From Octopus sinensis (Eukaryota), in NCBI RefSeq assembly GCF_006345805.1, contig NC_042999.1:6572001-6636000 (forward strand): DNA of 64,000 nt. Direction: 5' to 3'. Under the pieces are notes generated by a model that saw only the letters and a program-made list of their open reading frames with translations, was not told the DNA's origin and searched no databases. Position 1 is the first letter of the stretch. Every line of letters begins with the position of its first letter. Below are positions 61,145 to 64,000 of the stretch, piece by piece. The position numbers were made by a program, and so were the translations under genes.

Positions 61145-62140
61145 TCGAAAGCTTAATGAGATACTTAGCCCATAGTGAAGAAACCTTGCTAGTGACAGTT
61201 AGGGACGAGGGAGTATTGAACGGAGAGGAAAAGGGAAAACAAAGGAAGAAGTACAAAAAGGAGATGAAGAAGAATTACGCAAAAAGGGACTACACAATCA
61301 ATTGCATGTAGCCACAATAGAAGTTGCTGGAAAAAGTAGGTAGGGTTGGCTGATGAAAGGAATCTTAAAAAAAAAGAGCCTGAGAGCACTATACTGGCAA
61401 CGCAGGACGAAGCTCTGACCACGAACCTGAGGAACCTGAGGAACCTGAGGATCAACCCGAGGAATGAGCAAGTGTCTCCGCTGTGCCACATTTGCAATAG
61501 AGTGGATGAAACCATTGCCCATATCATGAACGAATGCCCTGCACTTGTTAAAAACCACAAGTTGTGGCGACATGACCAGGTTGCGAAAGTGCTACATTGG
61601 AAACTGTGCGAAAAGTGGGGGCTAGAGAGAGGCAAGACGTGCTTTGAACACAAACCGCAAAGAATGGCAGAGTCGGAGACTAGCAAAATCCTCTGCAATA
61701 TCCCAATCCAAACAGATCAGGTGCCAGAGCATAACAGACCGGACCTAGTGGTGGTGGACAAAGTGAACCACATATGCAATATAAGTTGACGTTGCATGCC
61801 CCTTTGACCCACGAATAGTCAAGAAGGAAGGCGAAAAGATAGATAAATACAATCCTTTTAAGTACGAAATAGCTCGGCTATGGAAAATGAAGAAGGTGAA
61901 GATAGTGTCAATTAATGCTGGGTCCTTAGGAAGAATATCAGAAGGCATTAAGAGGAACATAAAGGAAATTGGAATAGAGTGTCCAGTAGAACTGCTACAA
62001 AAGGTTTGCTTCCTTGGCAGGGCCAGAATAATCAGGAAAGTATTAGATAGCTGAAAAGAGCGAATAGCATGGTACCGTAGGCTGCAAGTAGTAAGCCTGC
62101 TACGCATGCATGACTCCAAGAGCTCCTGCAAAACCAAGGA
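61145..62140 (+). mobile_element. R4/Dong-like LINE D5: CCHC knuckle, RLE domain and 3'UTR
   Basis: ATQDEAL, CHICNRVDETIAHIMNEC, WRHDQVA, RPDLVV, frameshift near 61785, DVACPFD...EKIDKY, stop at 62052-62054; preceded by (TAA)n. Confidence 0.9.
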
Positions 62141-62143
62141 AAA

Positions 62144-62295
62144 AAATCCTTTCTACGAAAGACACAAGACTTGAAAGTTAGAGGAGGGGATAAGTTGGTG
62201 ACATCAACCTCAGTGCTCAACTGGTACTTAATTTATCGACCCCGAAATGATGAAAGGCAAAGCCAACCTCGGCGGAATTTGAACTCACAACGGAT
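62144..62295 (-). mobile_element. SINE A, A3 tail, partial
   Basis: Central domain plus A3-like tail. Confidence 0.75.
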
Positions 62296-62798
62296 GGAAT
62301 TTGTTGAGACTGATCCTACGACTCGATGCTCTAACTGTTACCAGCCTTACCTGTTACCAAGGAGAATAATATTTCTCTATGGTCACATATGTTTGTATGG
62401 AAGATTGGAAACGAAGGGTACCGCTTGTGTGAAAGGGGACGTTCGTTTACAAATAACTCGCGACGCGATAGTTTTAGGATATATATGTGTATGTGTGTGT
62501 ATCTATATATATATACACACGATGTTTTTACACTTTTACCATTGATTAACAAAACATATTGTTGAAACTAGTTTGGTACATATGTAAATAAATGTATTTT
62601 AAACATTAACGAGTTTTTGAAATTTAAGTGCATTTTCGGCAACACATTTTCCTATATATTTTTTCCTGCGTGGAAACACCACTCTCTCTTTTTGCTATAT
62701 ATATATATATATATACACACACAACACATACATACATATATATATTATATATATATCTATATATATATATATATATAGATAATATATATATATATATA

Positions 62799-62835
<37 letters not shown>

Positions 62836-63510
62836 ATATATATCTATATATATATATAATATATATATAAACGTACACATACATGTATGTAAATATATAC
62901 GAAAGGCTTCTTTCAGTCTCCATCTACCTAATTCACTCCCTTGCTCGGCGTTGTTGTTGGCTACATTTACTCAAGATTCCATTTAGTTGTATTGAACCTG
63001 AAACCACGTGGTTTGGAAGGAACCCTCTTAACCGTACACCAACGCCTATTCACTGCGTCGATTCATGGCGTATTTTCATTATATTTTGTCTCACATTGAT
63101 TTAGTGTGAAGGGGTGCTGTGCTCATGGCCTGCGCCGGCGCACTATGTTCGGTTCTTAGGCACCTTTAATTCCGAAGGGCAGAGTTTTAGAATAGAAAAG
63201 ACTGGGCGTAGAGATTAGAGTGGGGCTCGATGGGGGTTGAATATATTGGTGATGGGAGGAGATGAAACGGGTGAATGGAATTTGTAGACGTGGAGGTGGC
63301 GTAAGAACAATCAGCTTCTTATGTTCTACGACAATACTCCGCCATTCACTTTGCTCTGGTCGATAAAGAATTGGCGTTGATTCAAATGAATGCAGTTCTT
63401 TTCGAAAATTTATAGATTTTTACACAGGTTCGAAAAAAATCGTTACTGTAAGATAAGAAGATAAGAAGAAAATGAAGTTGGGAGAAAGAAAATTACATAT
63501 TTTAATTATA

Positions 63511-63885
63511 GGCGCAGGAGTGGCTGTGTGGTAAGTAGCTTGCTAACCAACCACACGGTTGCGGGTTCAGTCCCACTGCGTGGCATCTTGGGCAAGTGTC
63601 TTCTGCTATAGCCCCGGGCCGACCAATGCCTTGTGAGTGGATTTGGTAGACGGAAACTGAAAGAAGCCTGTCGTATATATGTATATATATAGTAATGTGT
63701 GTGTATTTGTGTGTCTGTGTTTGTCCCCCTAGCATTGCTTGACAACCGATGCTGGTGTGTTTAGGTCCCCGTCACTTAGCGGTTCGGCAAAAAGAGAGAC
63801 CGATAGAATAAGTACTAAAAGGTGGTGCTCCAGCATGGCCGCAGTCAATGACTGAAACAAGTAAAAGAGTAAAAGAGTAAAGAGT
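63511..63885 (+). mobile_element. SINE B, composite
   Basis: Near-identical to 4201-4605. Confidence 0.9.
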
Positions 63886-63911
63886 ATATGTGTGTGTATG
63901 TATGTATTATA

Positions 63912-64000
63912 TACTCTTTTACTCTTTTACTCTTTTACTTGTTTCAGTCATTTGACTGCGGCCATGCTGGAGCACCGCCTTTAGTCGAGCAAATCGACCC
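63912..64000 (-). mobile_element. SINE B 3' end (runs off the window)
   Basis: Reverse complement of the B tail. Confidence 0.85.

Overview
AT-rich, microsatellite-dense eukaryotic DNA with no identifiable intact host protein-coding gene, one 100-N assembly gap (22425-22524) and a dense mix of mobile elements. The repeat style suggests a coleoid cephalopod, probably Octopus (inference). Contents: (i) two abundant tRNA-derived SINE families, called A and B here, where A forms tandem arrays with a fixed junction and B shares its 3' tail with a CR1-type LINE in the window; (ii) CR1-like, RTE-like and several R4/Dong-like (restriction-like endonuclease) LINE fragments, most of the last stacked inside (TAA)n tracts; (iii) a Penelope-type RT fragment and several Penelope-LTR-like segments carrying minimal type I hammerhead ribozyme motifs, three of them in fold-back palindromes next to (TA)n, one with a compensatory U3-A8 core; (iv) Tc1/mariner, Helitron and Helentron remnants; (v) a 2.3 kb 26-bp minisatellite; (vi) one orphan 123-aa ORF. 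Most ORFs in the supplied track are microsatellite translation artefacts. Coordinates of degenerate elements are approximate; all alignments were done by eye.
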